Below are positions 13,466 to 25,697 of a DNA stretch of 64,000 nucleotides, piece by piece. Source of the stretch: Chiloscyllium plagiosum. Taxonomy: Eukaryota. Under the pieces are notes generated by a model that was given only the letters and a program-made list of their open reading frames with translations, was not told where the DNA came from and did not search any database. The DNA is taken from the NCBI RefSeq assembly GCF_004010195.1, contig NC_057752.1, positions 7,631,651-7,695,650 on the forward strand, given 5' to 3'. Numbering within the stretch: position 1 is the first letter of the stretch; every line of letters begins with the position of its first letter. Both the position numbers and the translations under genes were made by a program.

Positions 13466-14779
13466 ATTTCTATAACATTTCAACAAATAGCACAGGACAA
13501 TATCCGGTTCTCTGCTGACTCAGGCCATGTGAAGATTGTTCCCTAAAATAATTGCCAAGTAAGCATGTTATGGCTTACAAACATGGTTGGTGCCATCTTG
13601 ATGGACGCAGCCAACCAGCTGTTGATCAGCATGGCATCATGCAATATCAGGGTAAATTTGATCTATATCTTTGGTGCTTTTCAGAGAGCATTCAGTATCA
13701 TGGTTAGTCAAACACTCATCGATCTATCAGTGTGAGGATCCTGGCAAACTGAAATAGAGCACCTTTGAGGTGAAATTTTCCACTTGGAATGCAAGTGAGT
13801 AATTATAAGCAAAGTTCCTTTCACTAGATCCTCACCCAATTCAATGTAATACATGAACCCTCTGTCAGCTAAAGTTCTCTTTGATATTTTGTGTCAGACT
13901 TCATTTAATTATTGAAGCGAATTTAAATCCACACAAGTATTGCTTCATGCAATTTCCTGTGTTAGTGTGCAAACTGACTATGTGACCTGCTCACCCATTT
14001 GTTCTGCCCAATTAAGAACTGCTCTCTTGATGGGTTATCCAATCCTCAGTAATTTGTGCTACAGTCAAGCTTTGGGCAAGCTTTTCCTGTATCAACAGGA
14101 GCATTGAAATTAAAGGGAGCAACTCGCGTTGGAAAATTAAGTCAGGTCTCCCTTTTTGTGATGCAGGTGAAGCAGTGCATTGGGTCTGTTCAAATGTATT
14201 GTCTCATGATCAGAAAATAAAGACTTTCTTTTTTCTGAAAGAAGTGAATAAAATACACCACAGTAAATTAGACCTTCCATTATTCACTGCTATCAGGCAA
14301 CATTGGGCACGCTCTTCCTAGCCACTGAGCAACACGGGCAATGGGGTATCAGTTGGCAAGATGTGACAAGATCAGAAAAATGAGATTCCCAATGCTGAGT
14401 TTAAAAAGTACATTTCTCCAACCAGATTTTGAACAGTGAGATGACAATCTTGCTAGTGAGCAGTGAGAGGCCTATTTGCATCAATTTACATGCATTAGCA
14501 TGTCCTTAGTACCTAACTTCACCTCATTAATATGCAGTTTCCTATTCTCTCATGCTCCGGATAGAAGCTCGTCAAGTGTGACAAGTGCTGACATGACTCC
14601 AGGGCACCACTTGCTCCTCCAGGCCTCCATCTTGGACAGCAGTCGCCAACATCTGAGGGCATGCTCCAAGGGCAGTGAATGCCCATGTTCCCTGTCCATG
14701 GATGTTGGCATCGGACACTTACCTGCCTCTCTGCACCTTCGTAGCTCATCTCCAACCCACTTACGATACAATTCTGAAG

Positions 14780-17250
14780 GAAGTGAGGCATGAAATTGTG
14801 GATGCACTGACCATAATCTTTCAGTTTTCCCTGGATTTGGGGGAGGTGCCAAAAGATTAGGGAATTGCAAATGTTATGGCCTTCTTCAAGAAAGATTGTA
14901 AGCATAATCTCAGCAATTACAGACCAGCTACTTTCACTTTGCTGGCGGGGAAACGTCTAGGAACAGTTATTTGGGATAGAATTAGTAATCATGTCAAAAA
15001 AGATGGGTTGATTAGGAAGAGTCAGCATGGATTTCTAACAGGAAATCATGTTTAACTAACTTGCTGAAGATTTTTTGAAGTGGTAATAGAACAGTCAATC
15101 GTTGTTGATGTGTTATACTTGGATCTCCAGAAGGCATTGGATACAGGGCTACATGACAGACTTGTGAGCAAAGTTATAAAGGACAGTAGCAACATGGATA
15201 CAAAATTGGCTGAGAAACAGAATAAGGGTTAATGGATATTTTGGGGCTGGAGGAAGATTTGTAGTGCAGTTCTCCAGGGACTGGTATTGGTACCCTTCCT
15301 TTGCCTGACCTGCACTAGTGATATGGTCGACATTGGAGGAGAGGTGACTTCCAAGATACGGAAAGTGGTCCACGTTTTCCAGGGTTGTTTCACCAAGTTG
15401 AATTGATGGTTCTATCCGATTTGTCTTAGTTGGTGATGGTTGATAGATGATCAGTCTAATGACAAGATCCAACATCGTCTCCAAACAAGAGTCTTTCATG
15501 ATTGTGACATCCAGCCAGACACCAAAATGTTAGTGTACAAAGCAGTGGTGATCCCAACACTCCTGTATGCATCAGAAACTTGGCCAACATACTGACAACG
15601 TCTGAAGGTGCTTGAAAAGTTCCATCAACAATGCCTTCGAAACATCTTGAATGTCAGCTGGGAAGATAGAAGAACCAATGTCAGCGTGCTGAATGAAGCA
15701 TAAACAACAAACATTGAAGCCTATATCATCATGAACCAACTAAGATGGAGCGGTCATGAGGTTTGGATGGAAGACGAATGTCTGCCGAAACAAATCTTCT
15801 ACTCCCAGCTTAAAGAAGGCAATCGTAAAAGAGGTGGACAACAGAAGAGATTCAAACATGTTTTAAAAGCCAACATGAAGAAATGTAACATCGATATCAA
15901 CAATTGGGAAACCAATGCCAAGATTAGAAAACTTTGGCAAACCATCATCCGAGAAGGAGCAACAACTTTCGAAGCCAACGGATGTGCAGAACTAGAAGAA
16001 AAGAGAAGAAAACGGAAAGTGAGGCAGCAACAACCAAAGGCCGTTCTGCCATCTGGAATTCCTCGTCCTAAATGCAGAAGAACTTTCAAAGCCAAGATTG
16101 GATTCATAAGCCACCTGAGAGCCCATAAATAGATCATCCTTGACCTCGAGGGATAGCCATGATGACGATTAAATGATCTGGATCTTGTTGAGCAGGAGAC
16201 CATTGCAAAGTTTGCAGATGACACTAAACTTGGAAGAATTGTGAACTGTGAGGAGGACGGTGTGAAATGTCAAAAGGACATTGACAAGCCCTAAAGAAGG
16301 GATTCACCCAAAACGTGGACCTCCACCTCTTGATGCTGCCTGGCTTGCTGTGTTCTTTCAGCCTCCTGCCTGTCTACCTTGGATTCCAGCATCTGCCGTT
16401 TTTCTGTTTCTAAGTTGGTTGAGTGGGCAGACAGGAGGCAGATGAGCTTCGATGCAGAGAACTGTGAGGTAATGCACTTTGGTAGTCAGAGCATTGAAAG
16501 ACAATATAAAATAGGGGGTACAATTCTATAGATGATTTAGGAACAGAGGGGAATACATTTATGAGCACAGATCATTGAAGGTGGAAGGACAAGTGGAAAG
16601 AGATGTTAACAAAGCATTCCCAGCTTTATCAATAGCAGTGTAGAGTACAAGAACAGGGAGGTGTTGTTGAACTTGTATAAGACACTTCTTAGAGCTCAGC
16701 TGGAGTATTGTGTACAGCTGTGGGTGTCACATTATAGGAAAAATGTGAATGCATTGGAGTGAGTACAGAAGCGATGGTTCCAGGAATGAGAAACTTCAGT
16801 TATGAGAATAAATTGAAGAAATTGGAACTGTTCTCTTGAGAGAGAGAGGGGGGGAAGGCTGAGAGGAGATCTGATTGAGATTTTCAAAACCATGAGCAAG
16901 CTGGACAGAGTAGATAGAGAGAAGTTGTTCCCATTCAAAAAAGGAACAGGAACAAGAGGGCATAGATTTTCAGTGATGTGCACACAAAGCAAGGATGATG
17001 TGAGAAAAAGCTTTTTCACATAGCAGATAGTTAGGGTATGGAATGCACTGCCTGGAAGTATGGTGGAGGAAGGTTTGTTGGATGCATTCAAGAGGGCATT
17101 AGGTGGTTATTTGGATAAAAATGATGTGCAAGGGAATGGGGAAAAGGCAGGAGATTGGCGTCAGGCATTGGAATTCATACTCATTTGAAGAGCCAATGCA
17201 AGCCCATTGGTCAAAATGATCTCCTTCTGTGTCATAACAATTCTGTGATT
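14780..17250 (+). mobile_element. Degenerate CR1 LINE carrying nested RTE and Penelope-type inserts
   Basis: ILKEVRHEIVDALTIIFQ, NYRP, SQHGFL, KFADDTKLG, LEYCVQLW and WNALP motifs in pieces. Confidence 0.85.
15301..16169 (+). mobile_element. RTE-clade LINE 3' end with inverted 5' segment
   Basis: + strand TKMLVYKAVVIPTLLYASETW...QLRWSGH..LPKQIFYSQL.EG.R.RGGQ.KRFK...GFISHLRAH; 15301-15460 reads LENVDHFPYLGSHLSS on the minus strand. Confidence 0.88.
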
Positions 17251-17564
17251 CTGTTTCTTTGGAGCAGACTGACACTTTCATTTTAATTCTGTTGTCAGGA
17301 CATTTTGTGTACAGAAACAGGTACCTATCTCATGGATTCTGGTGGGGTACATCTCAGATACATCATTTCCTCTCAGTTCTCGCTCATTTTGTGTCTGCAA
17401 GTGCTTTAGGCCTTGTCTTTTTGTGCTTTGTCCCCTCAGCTACAGCTTAAAGGTTCCTCGTCTTTCTGCCTTCTAGTGCATACACAAAGCTTTGCAGTTT
17501 GTCATGGTTGTAAATGATGATCAATCAACAGGATTGCCATCTTATTGTATGGCACCATACCACG

Positions 17565-17745
17565 GTAAAAACAAGGACTGCAGATGCTGGAAACCAGACT
17601 CTAGATTAGAGTGGTGCTGGAAAAGCATAGCAGTTCAGGTAGCATCCGAGGAGCAGGAAAATCGACGTTTCAGGCCTGAAACGTCGATTTTCCTGCTCCT
17701 CGGATGCTGCCTGAACTGCTGTGCTTTTCTAGCACCACTCTAATC
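17565..17745. repeat. Fold-back (palindromic) copy of the Penelope-type short repeat
   Basis: ...GGAAAATCGACGTTTCAGG|CCTGAAACGTCGATTTTCC... with ~70-bp inverted arms. Confidence 0.85.
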
Positions 17746-19879
17746 TGCAGCCTGCCACTATACTACGTCAATGTTATACCTGCAGCATGAGCCAGCAGTT
17801 TACATGGCAAACATATTGCATGAGCATCAACCAAATGGCCATGTCTCAAAGTCTAAAGGGAGTAGTCCTCAGTCAGTTCAAGGGAAACACCCTGTCATCT
17901 GGGGGCCTCAGCGCAGCAAGTCAAAGGCTTGGCCATGATCAGTCAGCCATTTGGGATGGTCAGGGATATGGGATTCATACCTCTACAGTTTGAGGGAGTG
18001 GGCTACAGTCAGCTCTGTAGGTCCAACGGATCCAGTCTGGGGAGTCAAGGGGAGTTGGGGAGCTGAATAGAGACCAGTCTAGGGTCTGGTTAATCATCGG
18101 CTGGGGCTGTGATCCAAGTCAATCGAGGGGGTAGGCTATGGTCAGTTCTGAAGGTCTGTCCACAATAAGTCAAGAGGGGGTTATCAGGGCCCACTGCTGC
18201 AGGAGGGTAGCAAGGGAACTCAATTGTGGGGATTGCTGGGAAGCAGAGGGAATCATATTGTAAAGGGCAGCAACTCAGCATGTAAGAGCAGTGGCATTCA
18301 AGCACGGTCGGGAAAAGTGTAATGCAGTGGCCAGGGTTCATCAATGGCCAGCAACCCCCATTTCCATTCAGGGGATATGCCTGGAGCCCGGGGTAAAAAC
18401 AGTTACATAAGCAGATTGGATGGGAACATGGGGATTTCAAAGCTGATAATATCTCTGGAGCGGACTACCAAGAAGGGAAAGTGTACATTTAGGGGTTCAC
18501 AGAGAGTAAGAGGCTGAGCTTGAGTCTCATTGTGTGACTGCAGTTTCCTTCCATCAAATAGCATGAAATTGCAAGTGCTTATTGGAGATGAAAATGACTG
18601 CCATCACAGCCACAGAAGGCAGTGTAAGGGTATTGTTCTGTGGGAGCAGAGGCTTCGCTGTCACGTATTGTGAAGTCCTTCAAAGGGCAAAAGCATAAAA
18701 CAGACACCCATATAGTATAGAGGAAAGAAACCTGCAAGCATTCCGTACTCCATGAACCCGGGTCAGCAACCTACTTTATGGACTACAAATCATGGCTTCA
18801 AGTGTTCTTGACCACATCATGCAGCAGCAGGAATCAATCCCACTGATGTGTGATGCACAAGTAATGGCTTGCAGCCTGGAAGGATCCATACTAGTTGCAA
18901 AAGTAGCCAGCTAAGTTCCCATACCCTGCTCACTTCACATGTTGGACAATAACATTTTGTGTAGGGCTAAGAATGGCGAGGTTTTGTATCTTCAATGTTG
19001 CAGGTAAACAGACATTCACTCACCCAGCTGATGAAGAAAAGTGAGCACATATTTACAAAAGTGAGAACATATTGATGATGAAGTGCCACCAATGTGCTCT
19101 CAGAAGGTCTCATTCTGCCTTTCCCTCCCACTATATCTTGGTGCAGTCCTGGGGTGGAGGAAACCTGACCTATAGTGGAGTACAGTTGGACTTTTGTTCA
19201 GGTGACGCTGGGTCATTTGTGTCTTGAGAGGACAGACCTGCTGAGTGAATCATGCCTAAAGGTGGGTGCACCTTCCTTGGCTTGAACTTCCACAGGAATG
19301 AGGATGGTCGGTGCACTGGTGTTGGAAGGCCAGGCCACCTCTGGAATGTCTTGAGAAGAGGGTTGCTGGCACTGAGCATCAATGGCTGGAGCAAAGGAGT
19401 GCAGGTCTGTGCATGGACTCAGCAGACACTGAGCATGCCAGAGTTGGCTCTTCATGGCAGCTATCGACCTGACAATGGAGGCAGCTAGGCTCTCACATGC
19501 CAGAGGCAGCATGGTCCAAATGGCACTGGTGCAGATAAAGGGAGGGATTGAGCGAGATGGAAGTATCTGGAAAAGCTGATAGTGTGAGTGCAGGTAGGGG
19601 TAAGGGGATGAGGTGTCCCGAGTGAGTGAGTAGGCAACACAGACTCCATGCAGGGTTCAAAGTCTGAGGGGGAGAGGATGAAAGTGAGTGAGGGAAGTTG
19701 CTTGTAATGAGGATGGATCATGAGCTTTGGTAACAGAGAGAAGATCATGGCACTTACCCTGGCAGAGCAGAGGTCAGTTCTTGTAGCATTGTTGAGTATT
19801 TCTCGCAAGCTATAGAGACCACACTGGCATGGCTGGTAATCACCGTGGTCTGTAATTATCTTTAAGCCTCCAAGGTCCA

Positions 19880-20125
19880 TGCACAGCAGTGAACTGCACA
19901 TGTGGAGGTCATTGTGTTGGCATGCCGATCAGTGTGCACGGAAACTCCCAACAGTTTCAACATCCTGCAACTTCTAGTGAACATTGGTGGCAAGGTTGGA
20001 CCAGGCTGGCAGGGTCTGTTGTTATGGGAAAGGGGAAGGACCTCTTCTGCACAAACCCAACCACCAGGATCTCCAGATCCCTGTCCGCATGCAAGGCACC
20101 AATTTTCCCTTGTCTGCCACATCCA
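19880..20125 (-). pseudogene. Myb/SANT-like remnant of a Harbinger-type DNA-binding ORF
   Basis: GKIGALHADRDLEILVVGFVQKRSFPFP resembles the 'APRF...DLE.LV..V......LF' N-terminus of Harbinger-associated Myb/SANT proteins. Confidence 0.45.
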
Positions 20126-20304
20126 GGACAAATAAAGACAAACTGGACAGGGTAGCTCCAGACTGACAGCACTTGGCCAGGTGCACAACTGCATGTGAAT
20201 ATGACATCTATATCCTGGGAATTTCGTGATGGTTACTAATAGTAAGGTGCTTCCACCTACGCTGAGGGGGGAGAATATGACAAGTAGGAGCCAATAGGTG
20301 ATCA

Positions 20305-20782
20305 TGCAAATATTTTTAGCTCAGCTAAATTAATTGAGTTACAACAGAAAGATGAAAATGTAAAGCAGTTGTATCAAAAGGCATATCCATAATAGGAATC
20401 AGAATGTATCCCTGAATGTTATTAACTGAAAAATGATGTCTTAATGAGGAAATGGAGACCATCGCATATTCAGACAGATGAGAAATGGGCAGAAATTCAT
20501 CAAATCATATTGCCAGTGGGGTATAGAAAGGGGGTGTTGCAAGTGGCACATGAGCTACCACTTGGAGGTCATTTCGGAGTGAGGAAAATACAGGCTAAAA
20601 TACAAGGACATTTTTTACTGGCCTGGAGTGCACAAGGTTGTAGGTGAATTTTGCCAAACATGTCATACATGTCAGGTAATTGGAAACACACAGGCAGTAA
20701 TAAAATCCACACCTTTAATACCTATTCCAGAATTTGAGGAACCTTTCACAAGAGTCTTAATTGATTGCAAAGGTCCCCTATC
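20305..20782 (+). mobile_element. Gypsy/Gmr1-type integrase fragment
   Basis: VLQVAHELPLGGHFGVRKIQAKI...C.TCHTCQVIG...PLIPIPEFEEPFTRVLIDCKGPL (HHCC zinc finger and start of the rve core). Confidence 0.8.
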
Positions 20783-21104
20783 AACCAGTCACATCTAACC
20801 CATCCCAGTCAACTGTGATATCATCAAATTTAAATACGCATTCATCACTGGACCTCAAAGCCACGCAATGTCTTGGGGTGAGGCAAAACAGAACAAAAAC
20901 CCAGTCCAAATGGGGTAGTGGAGGAGTAGGGAAGTGGGAGCAGGCAGGGGTGGAAGGAGTGGTGTGGGGATATTGAAAGTTCCTGGCTTGTGATTAATCT
21001 AAAAGCCCACTCTGGCCCTGATTACTGTTAGATACTACCCATCCTTTCTATGAAGTAATTCTTGCCCTTAGTACATAACCTGTAACATCTGGAACCTGGA
21101 CCTG

Positions 21105-22505
21105 TAACACCCCTGTTTAAGAAGGAAGGGAAGATGGGAAACTATAGGCAGTTATCCTGACCTGAGTCATTAGTGAGATTTTAGAGTGCAATATTAAGAA
21201 CGAGATTGTGGAGTACTTGGAAGTGCATGTTAAAATGGGGCTGAGTCAGCATAGCTTCATCAAGGGGAGGGCATGCCTGACAGATCTGTTAGAATTCTTT
21301 GAAATCTTAATAAGCAAGTTAGATAAAGGAATGCCAGTCCACATTATCTACTTGGATTTCCAGGAGGCCTTTGACTGGTGCGGCACAGGAGGTTGCTCAA
21401 TAAGAAAAGAGCTAATGGTGTTAGGGCAAAGTACTGGCATGGATAGAGGATTTGCTGACTGGCAGAAGGCAGAGAGTGGGCATAAAGGGGTCATTTTCAA
21501 GGTTGGCAGCTGGTGACTATTGAATATCCCCAGGGGTCAGTGTTGGGACCACAACTATTCACGTTATACTTTAATGATCCGGATGAAGGACCTGAGGGTA
21601 TTGTTGTGAAGTTTGCTGATGACGCAAGGATAGATGAAGGAACAGGTAGTGTTGAGAAAGTGGGAAGGCTGCAGAAGGACCTGGACAGACTAGGCGAGTG
21701 GGCAAAGAGGTGGCAGATGGAATGCAATGTCAGTTTATGTGAGCTTATGCATTTTGGTAGGTAGAGGCATAGGCTATTTTCGAAATGGGGAAAGGCTTCA
21801 GAAATCTAAGCCACCAAGGGACTTGGGAGTCCTAGTTCAGGATTTTCCCAGGGTTAACATGCAGATTCAGTTGGCAGTTAGGAAGGCAAATGCAGTGCTC
21901 GCATTCATTTTGCGAGCGTTAGAATACAAGAGCAGAGATGTACTGCTGAGGCTATATAAGGCTCTGGTCAGACTGCATTTGGAAAATTGTGAGCAGTTTT
22001 GGGCCCTGTATCTAAGGAAGGATGTGTTGGCCTTGGAAGGGGTCCAGAGGAGGCTTCCAAGAATGTTCCTGGGGATGAAGAGCTTGTCATGCGAGGAGTA
22101 TTTGAGGACTCTGGGTCTGTCCTCAATGGAGTTTAGAAGTATGAGGGGAGATCTGATTGAAACTTAAAGAATACGGAGAGGCCTGGATAGAGTGGATATG
22201 GAGAAGATGCTTCCAACTAGGACCTGAGGGCAGAGTCTTAGAGTGAAGGATGACCCTTTAGAACTCAAATGAAGAGGCATTTCTTCAGCTAGAGGGTAGT
22301 GAACCTGTGCTACAGTGGGCTGTGGAGGCCACGTCATCGAGTGTATTTAAGAAAGAGATAGATACATTCTTGATTTTTAAGGGGATCAAGGGTTATGGGG
22401 AGAAGGCAGGAGGAGGGGGTTGAGAAACATATCAGCCATAATAGAATGGCAGAACAGATTTGATGGGCTGAGTGGCCTAATTCTGCTCTTCTATCTTTCG
22501 GTCTT
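21105..22505 (+). mobile_element. CR1 LINE RT and 3' end
   Basis: SQHSFIKGRACLTDLLEFFE, PQGSVLGPQLFTLYFND, KFADD, LYKALVRLHLE; CR1 tail GGGCTGAGTGGCCTAATTCTGCTC. Confidence 0.9.
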
Positions 22506-23220
22506 TTGGTGTAACTAGAAAAGGCCTAGCAAATGTACTCTCTTAAAATTCAGTTTTAACTTTGTGCCTCTGTCTATGATTCTAACTACCTGTCTGGCAT
22601 GAAGACTTGGATGAGTTGTAATTTACTCTACTTTCATGTTGATAAACTATTCTTTTGATTCCTAGCAACAAATCCAGACTTCTAGCCTTGACTGTATCAA
22701 CCTGCTCAGGAGTTACCTCAGGTTAAATATATAGGTCAATGCACAAGCTGGAATTTCTTCCTCACACCAATTCCAGAGCTCATTTAAAAAATGCCCCTAT
22801 CTTTCCCTACCACAGTCAGGACTTTAATCCATACCTTTATTGTCTTGAAGATCAACATCTCCAACATTATGTTGACTTGTACTATTCACAAGTTACAACT
22901 TGCAGCTACCATGGGTTAGATTTTACCAGCCTTCTGGATGCAGGCTGGGGATCTCATAAAACTGGTGGCAGAAGGCATCCCAAAGGCTTCCCAGTATCCT
23001 CTTGCTGAGGGACTAACAATAGCGAAACCCAACTGGTGGTGGGCAGCTAAGTAAGCCAGTTAATTGACCACTTTTACCAGTATAATGAAGGACACTCACC
23101 ATGTGGGTGTGGTGATTGTAACGAGGTCAGCCAGGTGGACCTCATAGAATATGAGTTCCCTAATTGGGGCTGTTAATCTGGTCAAATCAGGGAGCCCTGG
23201 CTGACTGATATAAACAGGAG

Positions 23221-23287
23221 ATTCAGAGTCTCCTCAGTTTAGGGGACTGACTCTGGTAAACTGTTTTGTAAATAAAAAAAAAAAAAA
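23221..23287 (+). mobile_element. Mini (head+tail only) copy of the non-autonomous LTR-targeting element
   Basis: 35-bp head ATTCAGAGTCTCCTCAG...GACTCTG fused to the tail GTAAACTGTTTTGTAAAT and poly(A), between two TATAAACAGGAG copies (23209-23220 and 23288-23299). Confidence 0.7.
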
Positions 23288-23299
23288 TATAAACAGGAG

Positions 23300-25237
23300 A
23301 TTCAGAGTCTTCTCAGTTTAAGAACTGACTCTGTGCTGGCTGGTGTTACAGTCAGTATGTTACTGTTAGTTTCTGCTTCCTTTTTTGAACTGGCTGAATT
23401 ATTTAGCCAGTTTGTTAACTGGCATTCCTTTTAGTGAGGACTGATTGTTAAATTCCTGATGCACACAATGTGTTTCAGGTGTAGCTCAGTTCTCATTAGG
23501 GGACTGTTGTTTCACTGGCTGGTTACAGCCTGTGTGTGACTCTTTTCGAGAAAAGGACAATGTTAATTTTGTGGTAGGGCTTAGCCCTTGGACTCTAGTT
23601 TCCTTTGTTTTTTGTGTAAGTGTCTTCACTGTTTTTGGTGTTTTGGACTGAGCCCTTGTGGAAGACCTACATTTTACCAGAGGAGCTGTTCCTGTGGGGA
23701 GGCCTAGCCCTGGGACTAGGCCTCTGAAGATTGAACACCTGTGTGTGCGCTGGGAGGTGAGCAGTTGCTGTATCCTGGAGTTTGGGAGAAGACCTTTCCT
23801 TCAGGAGTGGACTAAACCTGTGAGTTAACTGCACCTGTACTGTGTTCCTGTGAGTGGGCCTGGCTCTCCAAGGCTGGGCCAGGACTCCATGAAGGCTGAA
23901 CACCTAGGTGCTGTGGGGTGTACATTTGCTGCCTCCAGGAGTGGACTCTGCCCTTGGTTGCAGACTTTGTTTTTAGCAACGGACTCTGCAGTTTGGAGTG
24001 GACTCTAATTCTGACATTGCACATTGTATACTGGAGTGGACTCTTCCTGGAAATGGATTCCATATGTTGTGGTTCTGTTCGCCGAGCTGAAAGTTTTTGT
24101 TGCAAACGTTTCGTCCCCTGGCTAGGTGACATCATCAGTGCTTGGGAGCCTCCTGCAAAGCGCTTCTTTGATGTTTCCTCCGGTGTTTATAGTGGTCTGT
24201 CCCTGCCGCTTCCGGTTGTCAGTTTCAGCTGTCCGCTGTAGTGGTTGGTATATTGGGTCCAGGTCGATGTGTTTGTTGATGGAATTTGTGGATGAATGCC
24301 ATGCCTCTAGGAATTCCCTGGCTGTTCTGTCTGGCTTGCCCCACGATAGTAGTGTTGTCCCAGTCGAACACACGCAGACAACAAGCAACATGAATTCGAC
24401 TGGGACAACACTACTATCGTGGGGCAAGCCAGACAGAGAACAGCCAGATGGTGGGTAGGCCGTTCTGAGCACTGTCGTCCCGATAAGGTGTACTCGGGAC
24501 GGGCTGTCCTAGAGGTGGTCGAAAGGTGTCCGAGCAGCCGAGAGCCAGAAGGTGCGTAGGGGCGGGCTGAGATCCGGAAGGCTTGTGGGCTACCCTGCAC
24601 GCTGTCGTCCCAGGGAAGGGGACGGGCTGTCCTAGAGGTGGCTGAAAGGTGTGCCAGGGTAGCCCACTGGTCAGAGGCGCAACGGGGTGGGTGAGAGCCC
24701 AATGGTACATAGGGGCAGACTGAGAGCCAGAAGGCGGGTAGCCGTCCTCAGCGCTGTCACCCCAGGCAGGTACCGGGGCAGGCTGCCCCAGAGGTGGTCG
24801 AAAGGTGCTGAGGGTGGTTACTGAAGCCGGAAGGTGGGTAGGCTGTCCTGACCGCTGTCACCCCAGGCGGGTACCAGGGTGGGCTGTCCTAGAGGTGGTA
24901 GAAAAGTGTGTCAGGGCGGACCGAGAGCCGGAAGGTGTGTAGGGGCGGGCTGCCTTAGAGTGGTCGGAAGGTGGGAGGCTCGTGGGCTTGCTGGGTCTGT
25001 ATTGTCTACATTTTTATTATGTAACTGGATTGTCTTATGTATAACGGTCATTGTTGCTGTCTTTTTATATTTGAAACTGGGAATTGTGGTTTGTCCTTAT
25101 TTCCCTGTAAACTGGTTGAACAGTAGGCTTGGGGCCTAGCTTTGCTGCTCCTCTCCCTTGTAAAATTGCTGTTGTATACAGCTGTATATGTTAACTGTTT
25201 TTCTGTAAACAGGTTTGTAGTTTGTTTAATAAAATAT
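23300..25237 (+). mobile_element. Non-autonomous, apparently non-coding A-tailed element, copy 1
   Basis: Highly similar to the reverse complements of 51971-53701 and 58332-60420; ends TTTAATAAAATAT, followed by TATAAACCGGAGT. Confidence 0.85.
24062..24448 (-). mobile_element. Penelope-like 3' fragment (GIY-YIG C-terminus, pLTR with hammerhead motif) with terminal hairpin
   Basis: REFLEAWHSSTNSINKHIDLDPIYQPL on minus; hammerhead core at 24102-24141; inverted repeat 24318-24448. Confidence 0.85.
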
Positions 25238-25250
25238 TATAAACCGGAGT

Positions 25251-25569
25251 CTCCGGGAGAGGTGGGCGCCGCAGGGAGTGGAGTGCATTATTTCCCCCTC
25301 CAACTCTGTTTTGATTTAATCCCTGCCCTCCTTTCACTGTTTGATCACACAGCATTGCCCTTTGATGTGCTTGTCACTGGCCACCCGGGTGTTTCCTTTC
25401 TTCCTGGTGGTGGAAATTTGAATAAAGATTCGTGCACTTTGTGTCTTTCACTGTGTCTCACACCTACACATACACACACACAACATGGGTACTCAGGGAA
25501 AAAAAAATAAGCGCTACCACAGTTAGGCAGTAGTGTGGGGGTAATGAATAATAAAAAAAGTTTTTAAAA
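25251..25569 (+). mobile_element. 5'-truncated Tx1-clade-like LINE 3' end (ORF2 C-terminus, 3' UTR, A-rich tail)
   Basis: 25251-25319 encodes LRERWAPQGVECIISPSNSVLI*, which resembles Tx1-clade ORF2 C-termini as I recall them; then AATAAA and an A-rich tail, followed by ATAAATAGGAGT. Confidence 0.65.
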
Positions 25570-25697
25570 ATAAATAGGAGTGGTTCTGTTCACTCTGAGA
25601 GCTGGCTCTGAGGGAGCTGGATCAGTGTCAAGGACTCTCTACTTGTAAATAAAGGGTGACTTGATGACGGGATACCAACCTCTGTGGAGTTATTTCA

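Larger units (their letters stand above)
23108..25697 (+). mobile_element. Gypsy A 5' LTR, split by three tandem insertions at the TATA site
   Basis: 23108-23220 matches the first half and 25570-25697 the second half of the intact LTR at 46977-47212 (TGTRGTGATTG...GTGGAGTTATTTCA). Confidence 0.88.

Noticed and set aside
24450..24975. GC-rich repeats as a CRISPR-like array or repetitive protein
   Set aside because: Degenerate tandem units without unique spacers, eukaryotic context, no cas genes, and no ORF conserved across the three copies.
23108..25697. Reading the ~2-kb elements as part of a naturally long LTR
   Set aside because: An intact 236-bp LTR exists at 46977-47212, the inserts have A-tails and duplicated target motifs, and unrelated LINE fragments occupy the same site. 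Disfavoured but not fully excluded without genome-wide data.
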